From positions 99,798 through 163,797 of the forward strand of contig NIVC01002529.1 in NCBI GenBank assembly GCA_002269645.1: a DNA stretch of 64,000 nt. The letters run 5' to 3'. This stretch comes from Macrostomum lignano. Lineage: Eukaryota. Positions 36,500 through 48,258 of the stretch are shown here, piece by piece; positions within the stretch are counted from its first letter, which is position 1; each line of letters opens with the position of its first letter. A program made the translations under genes and the position numbers. The notes beneath the pieces are model-generated. The model did no database searches, had not been told where the DNA came from, and worked only from the letters and a program-made list of their open reading frames with translations.

Positions 36500-39400
36500 A
36501 TGCGGACTCTGATGCTGCCGATGCTGATACTGCTGGCTGCCTGCTGGGTGCTGCCAGCGTCTGGCTCCATCGACGGTCGCAAAGCGGCAGCCGGCCTGCT
36601 GGCCAACGCCAGCATCTCCGGGATTCTGTCGGGCATCCGCGACGGCCGGTTCACCTGCGAGGATTTGATCAGCGAGCAGCTTCGCCGAATCGATGCCTAC
36701 AATGCCAGCCTGGCCGCTTTCATCTCCGTCGATAAGGAGGCTGCGATGGCGGCGGCGAAGGCCAAGGACAGCCAGGGCGGGCTGAGCGGAGCGCTGCACT
36801 GCGTGCCAGTGGCCGTGAAGGACAACGCGGATGTCAAAGGGGTGCCGACCACCAGCGGAGCGCCCGCCCTGCGGACTATGACAGCGGCTAGCGACAGCGC
36901 CGTGGTGGCTCGCATCAGGGCGGCTGGCGGTGAGCCGGGATGAGATATGGATGGACTTCATGGGGGCATGAGAGGGAGACTTCATAGGGGCATGAGAGGG
37001 AGACTGCATGGGGGCATGAGAGGGAGACTGCATGGGGGTGTGAGAGGGAGACTGAGAGGGAGACTTCATGGGGGCATGAGAGGGAGACTGCATGGGGGCA
37101 TGAGAGGGAGACTGCATGGGGGCATGAGAGGGAGACTGCATGGGGGCATGAGAGGGAGACTGCGTGGGGGCATGAGAGGGAAACTTCATAGGGGCATGAG
37201 AGGGAGACTGCATGGGGGCATGAGAGGGAGACTGCATGGGGGCATGAGAGGGAGACTGCATGGGGGCATGAGAGGGAAACTTCATAGGGGCATGAGAGGG
37301 AGACTGCATGGGGGCATGAGAGGGAGACTGCATGGGGGCATGAGAGGGAGACTGCATGGGGGCATGAGAGGGAGACTGCATGGGGGCATGAGAGGGAGAC
37401 TGCATGGGGGCATGAGAGGGAGACTGCATGGGGGCATGAGAGGGAGACTGCATGGGGGGATGGGAGGGAGACTGCATGGGGACATGAGAGGGAAACTTCA
37501 AGGGGGCATGAGAGGGAGACTGCATGGGGGCATGAGAGGGAGACTGCATGGGGGCATGAGAGGGAGACTGCATGGGGGCATGAGAGGGAGACTGCATGGG
37601 GGGATGGGAGGGAGACTGCATGGGGACATGAGAGGGAAACTTCAAGGGGGCATGAGAGGGAGACTTCATAGGGGCATGAGAGGGAGACTGCATGGGGGCA
37701 TGAGAAGGAGACTGCATAGGGGCATGAGAGGGAGACTGAGAGGGAGACTGCATGGGGGCATGAGAAGGAGACTGCATAGGGGCATGAGAGGGAGACTGAG
37801 AGGGAGTTTGCATGGGGAATGAGAACGAGACTGGGAGCATGTGAGGAGATGCTAGCATGAGAGGGAAAAGTACTGCAAGGTGCTGCAATCAGAGAGGAAG
37901 AACACAAGCACAAACCCGGGTCCAACAGGCATAGTGATAGGCAAGGCCAACATGGCGGAGATGTCGGACTCCGGCACCAGCTCAGTCAGCACCCTTGGCG
38001 GAGTCTGCGCCAACCCGTGGGACAAGCGGCGAAGCTGCCTCGGCAGTTCTGGCGGGTCAGGCGCCGCGGTGGCCGCCGGCCTGGCCGTCCTTGGCGTCGG
38101 CACGGACACTGAGGGCTCCGTGATCGGGCCCTGTACAGCATCCGGTCTCGTCTGCATCAGGCCGACTCAGAACGCGCAATTCGAAGCCATGCGGGAGGGC
38201 GTCTACCCGGCCTTCCAGCGACAGGACCTGGTCGGCTTGATGGCTCGCAGCAGGGGCGACTACCTCACTGCTCACGATGCCGTCTACGGTATGTTGTGCG
38301 GCAGTGCCCTCCGTCACTGTCCCGCACACCCTCCGTCACTGTCCCGCACACCCTCCGTCACTGTCCCGCACACCCTCCGTCACTGTCCCGCACACCCTCC
38401 GTCACTGTCCCGCACACCCTCCGTCACTGTCCCGCACACCCTCCGTCACTGTCCCGCACACTCTCCGTCACTGTCCCGCACACCCTCCGTCACTGTCCCG
38501 CACACCCTCCGTCACTGTCCCGCACACCCTCCGTCACTGTCCCGCACACTCTCCGTCACTGTCCCGCACACCCTCCGTCACTGTCCCGCACACCCTCCGT
38601 CACTGTCCCGCACACCGTCCGTCAAATAACTTATCAGACGCGCTCACATCCCGGCAAAATGATTCAAACCGAAACAGGCAGCAACTTCAGCCAGACAATA
38701 TCCGGGGTGACTCAGCTCAACAAGATGACAATCCGATTCCTGGATAATTTCTACGAAAGTTTCCCAATCTCAACAACCGAGTCCTACTCACCCGACCCGG
38801 AAATGGTCCGCCTGCACAACCGCGCCGCCGAACGCTTGGCCGGACTGGGCGCCACAATTCAGCGCTACAGGACGAATGGCACCGATCTGGGCGCCAAGCT
38901 CGGTGTGATATTCCAGGCCACCAGCACCAAGCCGCGGTGCAGCAACAGCTGCATGAAGAAGAGCCTCAACGATTACTTAAGGCGGTGAGTCTAAATATTT
39001 TTAAATCCTGGAGTCCTTGAGTTCCATCTTGCCGATGCTGAATATTCCGGAGTCCTTGAGTTCCATCTTGCCGATGCTGAATATCCCGGAGTCCTTGAGT
39101 TCCATCTTGCCGATGCTGAATATCCCGGAGTCCTTGAGTTCCATCTTGCCGATGCTGAATATCCCGGAGTCCTTGAGTTCCATCTTGCCGATGCTGAATA
39201 TCCCGGAGTCCTTGAGTTCCATCTTGCCGATGCTGAATATCCCGGAGTCCTTGAGTTCCATCTTGCCGATGCTGAATATCCCGGAGTCCTTTGCCTCCCT
39301 CCCGCAATCTTACCACCAGTGTCTCGAACCCACACGCCATCCTCGTACAAAAATCCGTCCAGCTACTCGGCAACCGGGCCGTTTCGAAACGCCAGCGACC

Positions 39401-39518
39401 TGCAGCGCGTGATCTCGGGCTTCCCGATCTCCTACCAGGAGAAGCTGAACTTCACCATCAGCCAGCCGGACGATGAAGTGTGCGGCGCGGCCGCCTGCGA
39501 CCCCTACAACATCGGCCG
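36500..39518 (+). CDS. Secreted amidase-signature family enzyme (four exons identified; C-terminal exons not found)
   Basis: Exons 36500-36929, 37929-38288, 38678-38984 and 39363-39518, all GT-AG with phases 1,1,2,2. It has the signal peptide MRTLMLPMLILLAACWVLPASG, the catalytic Lys in VAVKDN, IVIGKANM, GSSGGSGAAVAAG and GTDTEGS (Lys-cisSer-Ser triad intact). Exons 3-4 were chosen by phase and reading frame and are less certain. Confidence 0.85.
36950..37865. repeat. 24-bp G-rich minisatellite (CATGGGGGCATGAGAGGGAGACTG) filling amidase intron 1
   Basis: 24-bp period. It explains the GMRGRLHG and QSPSHAPM ORFs. Confidence 0.96.
38307..38622. repeat. 22-bp minisatellite (CCCTCCGTCACTGTCCCGCACA) filling amidase intron 2
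   Basis: 22-bp period, ~14 copies. Confidence 0.96.
39005..39291. repeat. 39-bp minisatellite filling amidase intron 3
   Basis: TCCCGGAGTCCTTGAGTTCCATCTTGCCGATGCTGAATA, ~7 copies. Confidence 0.96.
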
Positions 39519-39520
39519 GT

Positions 39521-40345
39521 ACAACACAAGCCCTAACCTAAACACAAGCCCTAACCTAAACACAAGCCCTAACCTAAACACAAGCCCTAACCTAAACACA
39601 ACCCCTAACCTAAACACAAGCCCTAACCTAAACACAACCCCTAACCTAAACACAAGCCCTAGCCTAAACACAAACCCTAGCCTAAACACAAGCCCTAGCC
39701 TAAATACAAACCCTAACCTAAACACAAGCCCTAACCTAAACACAACCCCTAACCTAAACACAACCCCTAACCTAAACACAACCCCTAACCTAAACACAAG
39801 CCCTAGCCTAAACACAAACCCTAGCCTAAACACAAGCCCTAGCCTAAATACAAACCCTAACCTAAACACAAGCCCTAACCTAAACACAACCCCTAACCTA
39901 AACACAACCCCTAACCTAAACACAACCCCTAACCTAAACACAAGCCCTAACTTAAACACAAACTCCAACCTAAACACAACCCCTAACCTAAACACAAGCC
40001 CTAACCTAAACACTAACCCTAACCTAAACACAAGCCCTAACTTAAACACAAACTCCAACCTAAACACAACCCCTAACCTAAACACAAGCCCTAACCTAAA
40101 CACTAACCCTAACCTAAACACAAGCCCTAACTTAAACACAACCCCTAACCTAAACACAAGCCCTAACCTAAACACAACCCCTAACCTAAACACAAGCCCT
40201 AACTTAAACACAAACTCCAACCTAAACACAAACCTTAAGCTAAACACAAACCCTAACCTAAACACAAACCTTAAGCTAAACACAAACCCTAACCTAAACA
40301 CAAACCTTAAGCTAAACGCAAACCCTAGACCTAGCCTAAGCCCTA
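39521..40345. repeat. 18-bp CCTAACCTAA-containing minisatellite after amidase exon 4
   Basis: Unit CCTAACCTAAACACAAGC, ~45 copies. It is open in the exon-4 frame (LNTSPN). Confidence 0.95.
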
Positions 40346-40887
40346 TCCTAACTAAACCCCAAACATAAATTCCTTTTGAAAGCCTAATTCTTATACACTA
40401 CCCCTCTCCTGAACCGTGGCAGTTAGTTAATTCTGCTTCTAATTTTTATACAGCAACCAATATTTTTACGCAAGATTTCCCCGTCACCGTGTCCTAACTT
40501 AAAAAGCTCTGCCGGACTCGAGATTAAATAGATTAAACATTCGAGATTGACATTCGAGAGTTATTTTACTCCAGAAGCACGTAACGGTTTTAGTTAAGCA
40601 ATGCCAACAATGCGACTGTAGATTCGCTTTGACCTGAGCGATAAGACTCAAACTGAGCCCAAGAGTTGCATGGACTCGTTGCTCCCTATTTGCATTATTG
40701 AATAGATAATGAAATAATGAATAGATAAGAGCCATTACCAAAAACAGATTGGCACAGAATATGAACTTTCGGGAGATAAACCATGGTTGACATAGATTAG
40801 CGGAGCGTTGCTAACTTTATTAACTGGATAGGAAAAATCAGAGTTACCATAGCTTCAGTGGTTAATTACACTTATGACTCTTCATTC

Positions 40888-41875
40888 ATAGAGTACACAA
40901 TGATTCCCCAGTTTATGACCGAGTACCTAGTGTGAGTACACAATGATTCCCCAGTCTATGACTGAGTACAAAGTGTGAGTACACAGTGACTCATCAGTCT
41001 ATGACCGAGTACCAAGTGTGAGTACACAATGATTCCCCAATCTATGATCGAGTACCAAGTGTGAGTACACAGTGACTCATCAGTACATGACCGATTACCA
41101 AGTGTGAGTACACAATGACTCATCAGTACATGACCGAGTACCAAGTGTGAGTACACAATGATTCCCCAATCTATGATCGAGTACCAAGTGTGAGTACACA
41201 GTGACTCATCAGTACATGACCGAGTACCAAGTGTGAGTACACAGTGACTCATCAGTACATGACCGAGTACCAAGTGTGAGTACACAGTGACTCATCAGTA
41301 CATGACCGAGTATCAAGTGTGAGTACACAGTGACTCATCAGTACATGACCGAGTACCAAGTGTGAGTACACAGTGACTCATCAGTACATGACCGAGTACC
41401 AAGTGTGAGTACACAGTGACTCATCAGTACATGACCGAGTATCAAGTGTGAGTACACAGTGACTCATCAGTACATGACCGAGTACCAAGTGTGAGTACAC
41501 AGTGACTCATCAGTACATGACCGAGTACCAAGTGTGAGTACACAGTGACTCATCAGTACATGACCGAGTACCAAGTGTGAGTACACAGTGACTCATCAGT
41601 ACATGACCGAGTACCAAGTGTGAGTACACAGTGACTCATCAGTACATGACCGAGTATCAAGTGTGAGTACACAGTGACTCATCAGTACATGACCGAGTAC
41701 CAAGTGTGAGTACACAGTGACTCATCAGTACATGACCGAGTACCAAGTGTGAGTACACAGTGACTCATCAGTACATGACCGAGTACCAAGTGTGAATACA
41801 CAGTGACTCATCAGTACATGACCGAGTACCAAGTGTGAGTACACAGTGACTCATCAGTCTATGACCCAGTTCCAA
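40888..41875. repeat. 43-bp minisatellite containing TGACTCA, ~22 copies
   Basis: Unit GTGTGAGTACACAGTGACTCATCAGTACATGACCGAGTACCAA. Confidence 0.96.
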
Positions 41876-42753
41876 TATGTACAGCCGATGACACAATGCG
41901 CTCAAAAGTTCTGTTTGATAAGTGACCCTAACTAAAAAAATTGTAATTACAGGCACAAAATTTAGTCATCAGGAAATGTTCAAATATTCATAACTACACA
42001 CTCAATGAGGTTATATATTTAATAATTATGAATTTGTGCAATTGTGCCAAAAGGGCAACAGTAGTATAGCAAGCAGCCGATACTCAGCACGGATAAAAAT
42101 ATGCAAATTAAGAATTAATTATGAGCAGCGCAAGTTGGTCATCATCAGAAAATTATTCAACTGTGCACAAAAATGACACAAAAAATAATTAACCGAAACA
42201 GAAATAAAGAATGAGAGCCCCCAATGACAGCAATACTGCTATATTGCATAGTTACAAACAAACAATTAACAATGTAGAAAATTCACAACTGCCTACTAAT
42301 AGTAAGAGAGCCGTACAGATGATAGTAGCATGACATAAATTATTTAACTATGTGCTATGAAATCCAGGGGTTGAGGTTTGTAAGAGTTCAGTAAGTTATT
42401 GAATTTAAGTCTCCACGATGAGCGATAGGCCTATTGTAGCCAGAGCTGTTGGTTCGAATCGATAACAAACATTGACTCCGCTGAGTATAGCTCCACAATT
42501 TGATGACTTCGAATATCCCAAAAATGCGGGGAACAAACGCAAAACTGCTCTTATAGTCACTTCACCGTATCAATAAAATATCGAATCATAAAATAAACGG
42601 GTTGAACAGATCGATGAAGAGATTACTTCGGGTTCATTTTGAGCACTTTAGCAAGCAGACTGTAGGGGTATAAGGCGGGAGTAAATATAGCTGCAATTTC
42701 ATAGTTTGATGCCTCGTCATCTAATTAGTTTATAATGCAAATTTTCCGCTCCC

Positions 42754-44418
42754 TTACTGCGACTGGATCAGCTTCCTCTTCACCTTCTGCCTGACCCGGC
42801 GCCGCTCCGCCGCGCTAACTCCGCGCGCCCCTAATCGGCGCAGCACAACGCCGGCTGCCGCGGCCATCCGCGGGGCCACAGCGCGCAGGCCGGCAGTGTC
42901 CAGGCCGGCGATAGCGGCGGCCAAGCCCGGGTCGGCTCTGGCGGCAATGGCGTCGCCAATGAGCAGCCGGCGAGTCCTGTGGAAGAACAGGCGCTCAGCG
43001 GCGGCGTACAGTCGGGCGTCAAGGCTCGTGGCGGACTCGGCGATGGCCAGGTCGGCCCGGCTGGTGTTCAGCTGGCTGGCCACGGTTTCATCGTGCTGCC
43101 AGAACAGCCGGTTGAACAGCAGGCCGAGGCCGCGGGTGAGCTGGTACTGGTTGAGCACCTGTAGGTGACCGGTGGGAGCGAGTGAGCTTAAAATTCTTAG
43201 ACAATCGAAATATTGAACATTATACAGTTCACCGAGTTTACAACCTACTAGCTCAAAGTTCACCGAGTTTACAATCTACTAGCTCAGAGTTCACCGAGTT
43301 CACAATCTACTAGCTCAAAGTTCACAATCTACTAGCTCAGAGTTCACCGAGTTCACAATCTACTAGCTCAAAGTTCACCGAGTTCACAATCTACTAGCTC
43401 AAAGTTCACAATCTACTAGCTCAAAGTTCACCGAGTTCACAATCACTAGCCTCAAAGTTCACCGAGTTCACAATCTACTAGCTCAAAGTTCATTGAGTTC
43501 ACAATCTACTAACTCAAAGTTCACCGAGTTCACAATCTACTAGCTCAAAGTTCACTGAGTTCACAATCTACTAACTCAAAGTTCACAATCTACTAACTTA
43601 AAAACTACAACCATAGCTACCTGGTACTCGGTGAGGCCAACAAAAATCATTCGTCTCAGATTGGCCAGCGCCCCGGCCAGCATCTCCTCGCCGCCCAGGC
43701 ACTCCCGGCCGGTCAGGTTGGCCAGCATGCGGCTCTGCCTATTAATAGCCGGATTGGTGGCGCAGCCGGCAAACTCGGCCAACCCAACGCCGTGCCAGTC
43801 GTCGCCCCGGTAGCACAGCTCCGGCTGCGGGTCCATCGGTTTGCCGTCGCAAAACCGACGCGCCGCCTCCCAGGTAGCGCCGCGCCTTACGTGACGCCAC
43901 TCGGAAAAGAATCGGTCAACAGGCCGGCGCAGCACCGTCATGTAGTGCAGCCGGACGCCCGGGCGGAACCGACGCCAATTGGGAACGCAAGCCTGCAAAG
44001 CGGCCAGGCTGGCGTGGAGTCCGCAGCGCCAGCCGACGCTGCCGCGGCTGAACAGCCAATCGGTGTCGGCCGAATTCAAGCACAGGCAGCGCTTCCGACC
44101 GCGCCGACAGCGGCAGGGCAGGCCGCGCACGCCGGCCCGGACGAACTGACGATTAAGCGAGGAGCCGCCGGTTTTCTGAATGTGCACCAGCACCAGGGCG
44201 CTGCCGCCCTGCATCAGATCCGGAGGCGGCCGCGGCGGCCAGTCGAGATCGTCAGGGTCGGTGTCGACGTTGGCAGACGAGATCCGGTGGCGATTGAAGA
44301 GGCCGGCAACGAGGTGACGGCTGCCACCATGGCGCCGAGACAGCAGGAGGAAGCAGCAGGCGAGCAGGACGACAGCAAAGGCCGCCAAGCATAGCCGGTT
44401 GCGGCTGATGGCAGTCAT
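42754..44418 (-). CDS. hs6st: Heparan-sulfate 6-O-sulfotransferase, two exons, 400 aa
   Basis: Exon 44418-43621 has an N-terminal TM anchor, HIQKTGG (5'-PSB), WLFSR..GW.CGLHA, LRRPVDRFFSEWRHV.RGATW (3'-PB), CY.G.DW, NRQ.RMLA and GLTEYQ. Exon 43158-42754 ends in TAA. The intron is GT-AG, phase 0. Confidence 0.93.
43222..43600. repeat. 31-bp (and 20-bp sub-unit) minisatellite filling the HS6ST intron
   Basis: Unit CAATCTACTAGCTCAAAGTTCACCGAGTTCA. Confidence 0.93.
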
Positions 44419-45593
44419 CCAAGGCGGAGCTGCTCAACTGAGCCGTGCCAGCTTACAGCTTGCAGTGCCATCGGTGCTGCATAGCGAACTTGGCAAATGG
44501 GCTGAGCTGAAGTCATTGTTGCAATCAACTATAATCAAGTTTGTAATAGTACTAATTAGATGACGAGGCATTTAGCCTCAATAAGACACTTATAGTTACT
44601 CCTGCTATTTACTTAAAATTGTGTTAATTTTTCTGAAGGGTTTCCTTTATAGGTAAGTTGCATTTTGGTCAAAAAGTTGCATGCCTAGTGTAAATCAGGG
44701 GGGGGGGCTTATTTTTTGCTTGCTTTGTTTGCATTAGTTGTATTGCATTCATTTATAAGAATAAAAATGAAAACTTTAGACAAACTAAGGTGAATAGACT
44801 AAGTTTATGCCCGAAGGATTAAGTTTCTGCCTACAATGCAAACTTTTAGGCCATAGACTATGGGTAGCAGTTGCCTTGAGTATAGCATTTTACCACTTTG
44901 GATTAAGTTAACTGCTCCTAAGCTCAAACTGACTGCAAAATGCTATAGAAGCTAAAGCCTGATTTTTGTTTTATGGAAACAAATTTTGATATATTTTAAT
45001 TGAAACAGCTGTCAATATATTGGTAAACAAAAAGGCACTATTTAGAACATATAATTTTCTATCTACAAAAATTGTATCCTTTTTTGTCCTATGCTATATT
45101 CTACTGATTTTTCCCCTTGCATGCTATTTTTCTAGAATATGCTAGTGTTAATGCATATTCAACCCTTTTTTGTGATCAAATTTTCTGGAAAATACTTTCT
45201 TCCTGACTATGGTTGCTAGCTACTAACTACTAATTATACTAACTGCTCTTTCTCATACTGATTATTTCTCTTTAATTAATATATCATATCTTTTTGTTTT
45301 ATCTATATGACCAAACAATTAACATTAGTTTTTAAAAGTCTAACTCCCTATATGCTTTAAGTTATTTATTTTATAAATATTTTAACTAGCTAGGATATAG
45401 GAGGTCTTAGTCAATTAGCCCAAATATAAAATTATGCATATATAGAGGTTATTAGTTTATATGATATTATTGACTTTCTAAAAATAAATAATTATTCAAC
45501 CAAAAGTGTATCATTGTTAGCAACAAGCATTTTAGCAAGGTCACAAACATCACAATGAGAAAGGAGCACAATATCTTTATGTTATTTCTATGA

Positions 45594-45856
45594 CAGGGGC
45601 GTAGCAAGGGGGGTATCGGTATATCGTCCGATACCCCCAAATTTCCAAAGCAAATTTTTTTCCTTTTTTCAGTTGCAAGTGACCGTTAAGGAAGAGAAAG
45701 GTATCCAAATCAAAAAAATAACAATTAACAAACAAATAGACTAATTGTATGTAATATGCACTAGAAATACATTTAGGGGATATGTGGATCTCAAGCCCTT
45801 GCTTTCTGATAACAGCTAACCGATACCCCCAAAAAAAAATCCTGGCTACGCCCCTG
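45594..45856. mobile_element. hAT-superfamily MITE, 263 bp
   Basis: TIRs CAGGGGCGTAGC / GCTACGCCCCTG, a perfect 8-bp TSD TTCTATGA (45586-45593 and 45857-45864), and subterminal CCGATACCCCC motifs in both orientations. Confidence 0.9.
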
Positions 45857-48258
45857 TTCTATGATTACTTGGATTTGATATAGGATAATAGATATACAAT
45901 AATTTTGTCTATTTTTTTATCTATTGGCAAACAAAAAACCCTTTCTATGGGTCCTAGTTCTACAGTCTTAGGCCCAAGCCCGATAAGCTACCTAGGATTA
46001 AGTCATTAAGATTAGAAAGAATAGTATAAATTGAAATATTTTTGTATGTAAGGCTGTAAAGCCGACTCTTTGCTTAATAAATTTATTATTTAATTATATT
46101 AAATCAACAAGAGTCAATGATTTTAAAATCAAAAAGAGGATTTAGAACCAGACATAAGGTGATTCAGTGATTCAGAATCACTTTATGATGATTTCCTTTT
46201 GGTGATTTAGAAGGTAAAGTTAGTCAAGGTAAGGCAAGCAAAAGGACTTAGAATTTACATTGTAAAGACAAAGTGAACAGATAAGGTGATACAACACTAC
46301 AAGAATTAAAAAACAAAAATAGTATATAAAAAAAATAATTAAATTCTAATTTAATTATTAAATAGAAAATAAACCATAGAGTATCTAAAACAATAAATGA
46401 TCAAAGAAACGTAGTAGTAGTAAGTTGGCTCAGGCAAGAAGCCTGTTAGGCCAATATATTTCTGTGTATTTAAGATTACTTCAGGAATAGGAGACAATAT
46501 TTTAACACTAGTTATTTAATTACGATTAGTACGAGTTTTGCAATATGGTATTTGAAAGAACGCGGAAATGTTACTAACAAAACTTGGACAATTAACAAAG
46601 CAAAAGAAAAAGCAAGGAGTTAAAAAAGTATTGCCTGAAATTTATGTATGTAGTTGGCGGTATCGCACAAAACAGCTTAGTCCTTATGTTATAAAAGTAA
46701 ATTATATAGATATTAATTAGATGACAACAAAATTGTATAAAATATAAAATTTAAAAGAGCACATAGGGTTTTTTTGCAGTTTTTATGGATAGACTAAAAA
46801 CAGGTACCGTATGGCTTTAATGCAAACAATGGTTCATCCAAAATGCAATATTTAGATTGTATGCATCAATCTGTCAATGAAGAATATTGAGTATAAGGAT
46901 TGCTCATAATTTTTAGCGATTATTGTATACATGTAAATATTCTGTTTGAAGGCCTTAAAAACCATCTAACGACTTATGGTCATTAAATAGAATTTTTTCT
47001 ATAGAAATAGAAACTTCTCTGCAGAAATGTGCCAAGGAACTGTTCCAAGGACGTGAATCGTGATGGTGGGACTAAGAATAGGCCTACGCGGACTCAGTAC
47101 TTAACTGCTATACATGTATATAAAACATGCTGAATATTTCAGGTAAATAAATTTAACTGTACATGACATCGTAAATTTTAGCAGCTCCAGAGAGCTCTTT
47201 TCTGAGTCTTTTTTCATTTGTGGCATACCCTATTTTATGTATCTGTGTGGCATCTAGAAGGTATTGGGGGAAGTATTTTTTCCTAATTTCTAGTTTTTGT
47301 GGGCACTCACTTAGGTAGTGAAGGATATCGGCTCCTTTTCTTGCTCCACAGAGTCCACGGCTTCCTGAGAGATGATATATTCCTGCACGGTCACGAGTGC
47401 ACGATGTCCTTCACGCACGAGTGAACGTGAAGGAATTCCATTGTCGGATGATTCATCGTGCAGGAATGCACAAAACCGTGCAGGAATGCATTTCTGCGCC
47501 TAATGCTTTTTCGGTGAGATTTTACCATAGACATCCATTCCTGCACGCAAAAGAGTGCAAGAATGCCATTCTTGCATGGAAAATCAGCCGACAATGCCTT
47601 GGGCGTGAGTTCGCATTTCAGTTTCCGAGAAAGTTCGCATTTACGTTTCCGAGAAAATGACAACGTTAAATTTTCTCTTAATAGCATAATAACAATTTTT
47701 CCTACATGCTTGGCAAATAAGTGCACTATGTATCCAAAATGTAACACTTTATATCAAAATCGGTCTTAGGCTTTTTGAACTTGTGAATAATAAAAAGATA
47801 ATAAAGAATGCTTTTAGAATCTATTTTTGAAATACACGAATGAGCTCATTTCAGACTCGCAAGCAGTAGAATTGTTATCAAGCGATGGTAAAGCATACGT
47901 ACATTAAGTAGTTAACCTTCTTTGAAGTCAACGTACCATTTTAATAAAAGGATAATAATTCATTTACTATGTGGTAAAATATGATTTGATCTAGTTTTAT
48001 TAATCCAGCTCCACCAGACATAATCGCAGAACTGACCTGAGACAGGCCTACACTTTTTTACAGTCACTGTTTACAGCAATAAGAATCACTGAAAAAGAAG
48101 TGCCGTCGTCTGCTTAATAGGGGCCTAATAGTAATACTTTTTATGTCGATAGGCTATCCTGCTAATTTGTCATTTTACAATCCATTATTTTAGCTTGCAT
48201 TTAATTTTAAAATATTTTTGTAAAGCTAAACCCTTTTAATCTTTGACTTAGGCCTACA

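Noticed and set aside
36449-37925. 479-aa QSPSHAPM ORF and 291-aa GMRGRLHG ORF
   Set aside because: These are the amidase intron 1 minisatellite, bounded by clear GT/AG sites joining amidase motifs.
38638-38747. Alternative amidase exon 3 from the acceptor at 38637
   Set aside because: In the required phase it stops after ~36 codons. The acceptor at 38677 gives a long open, amidase-compatible exon.
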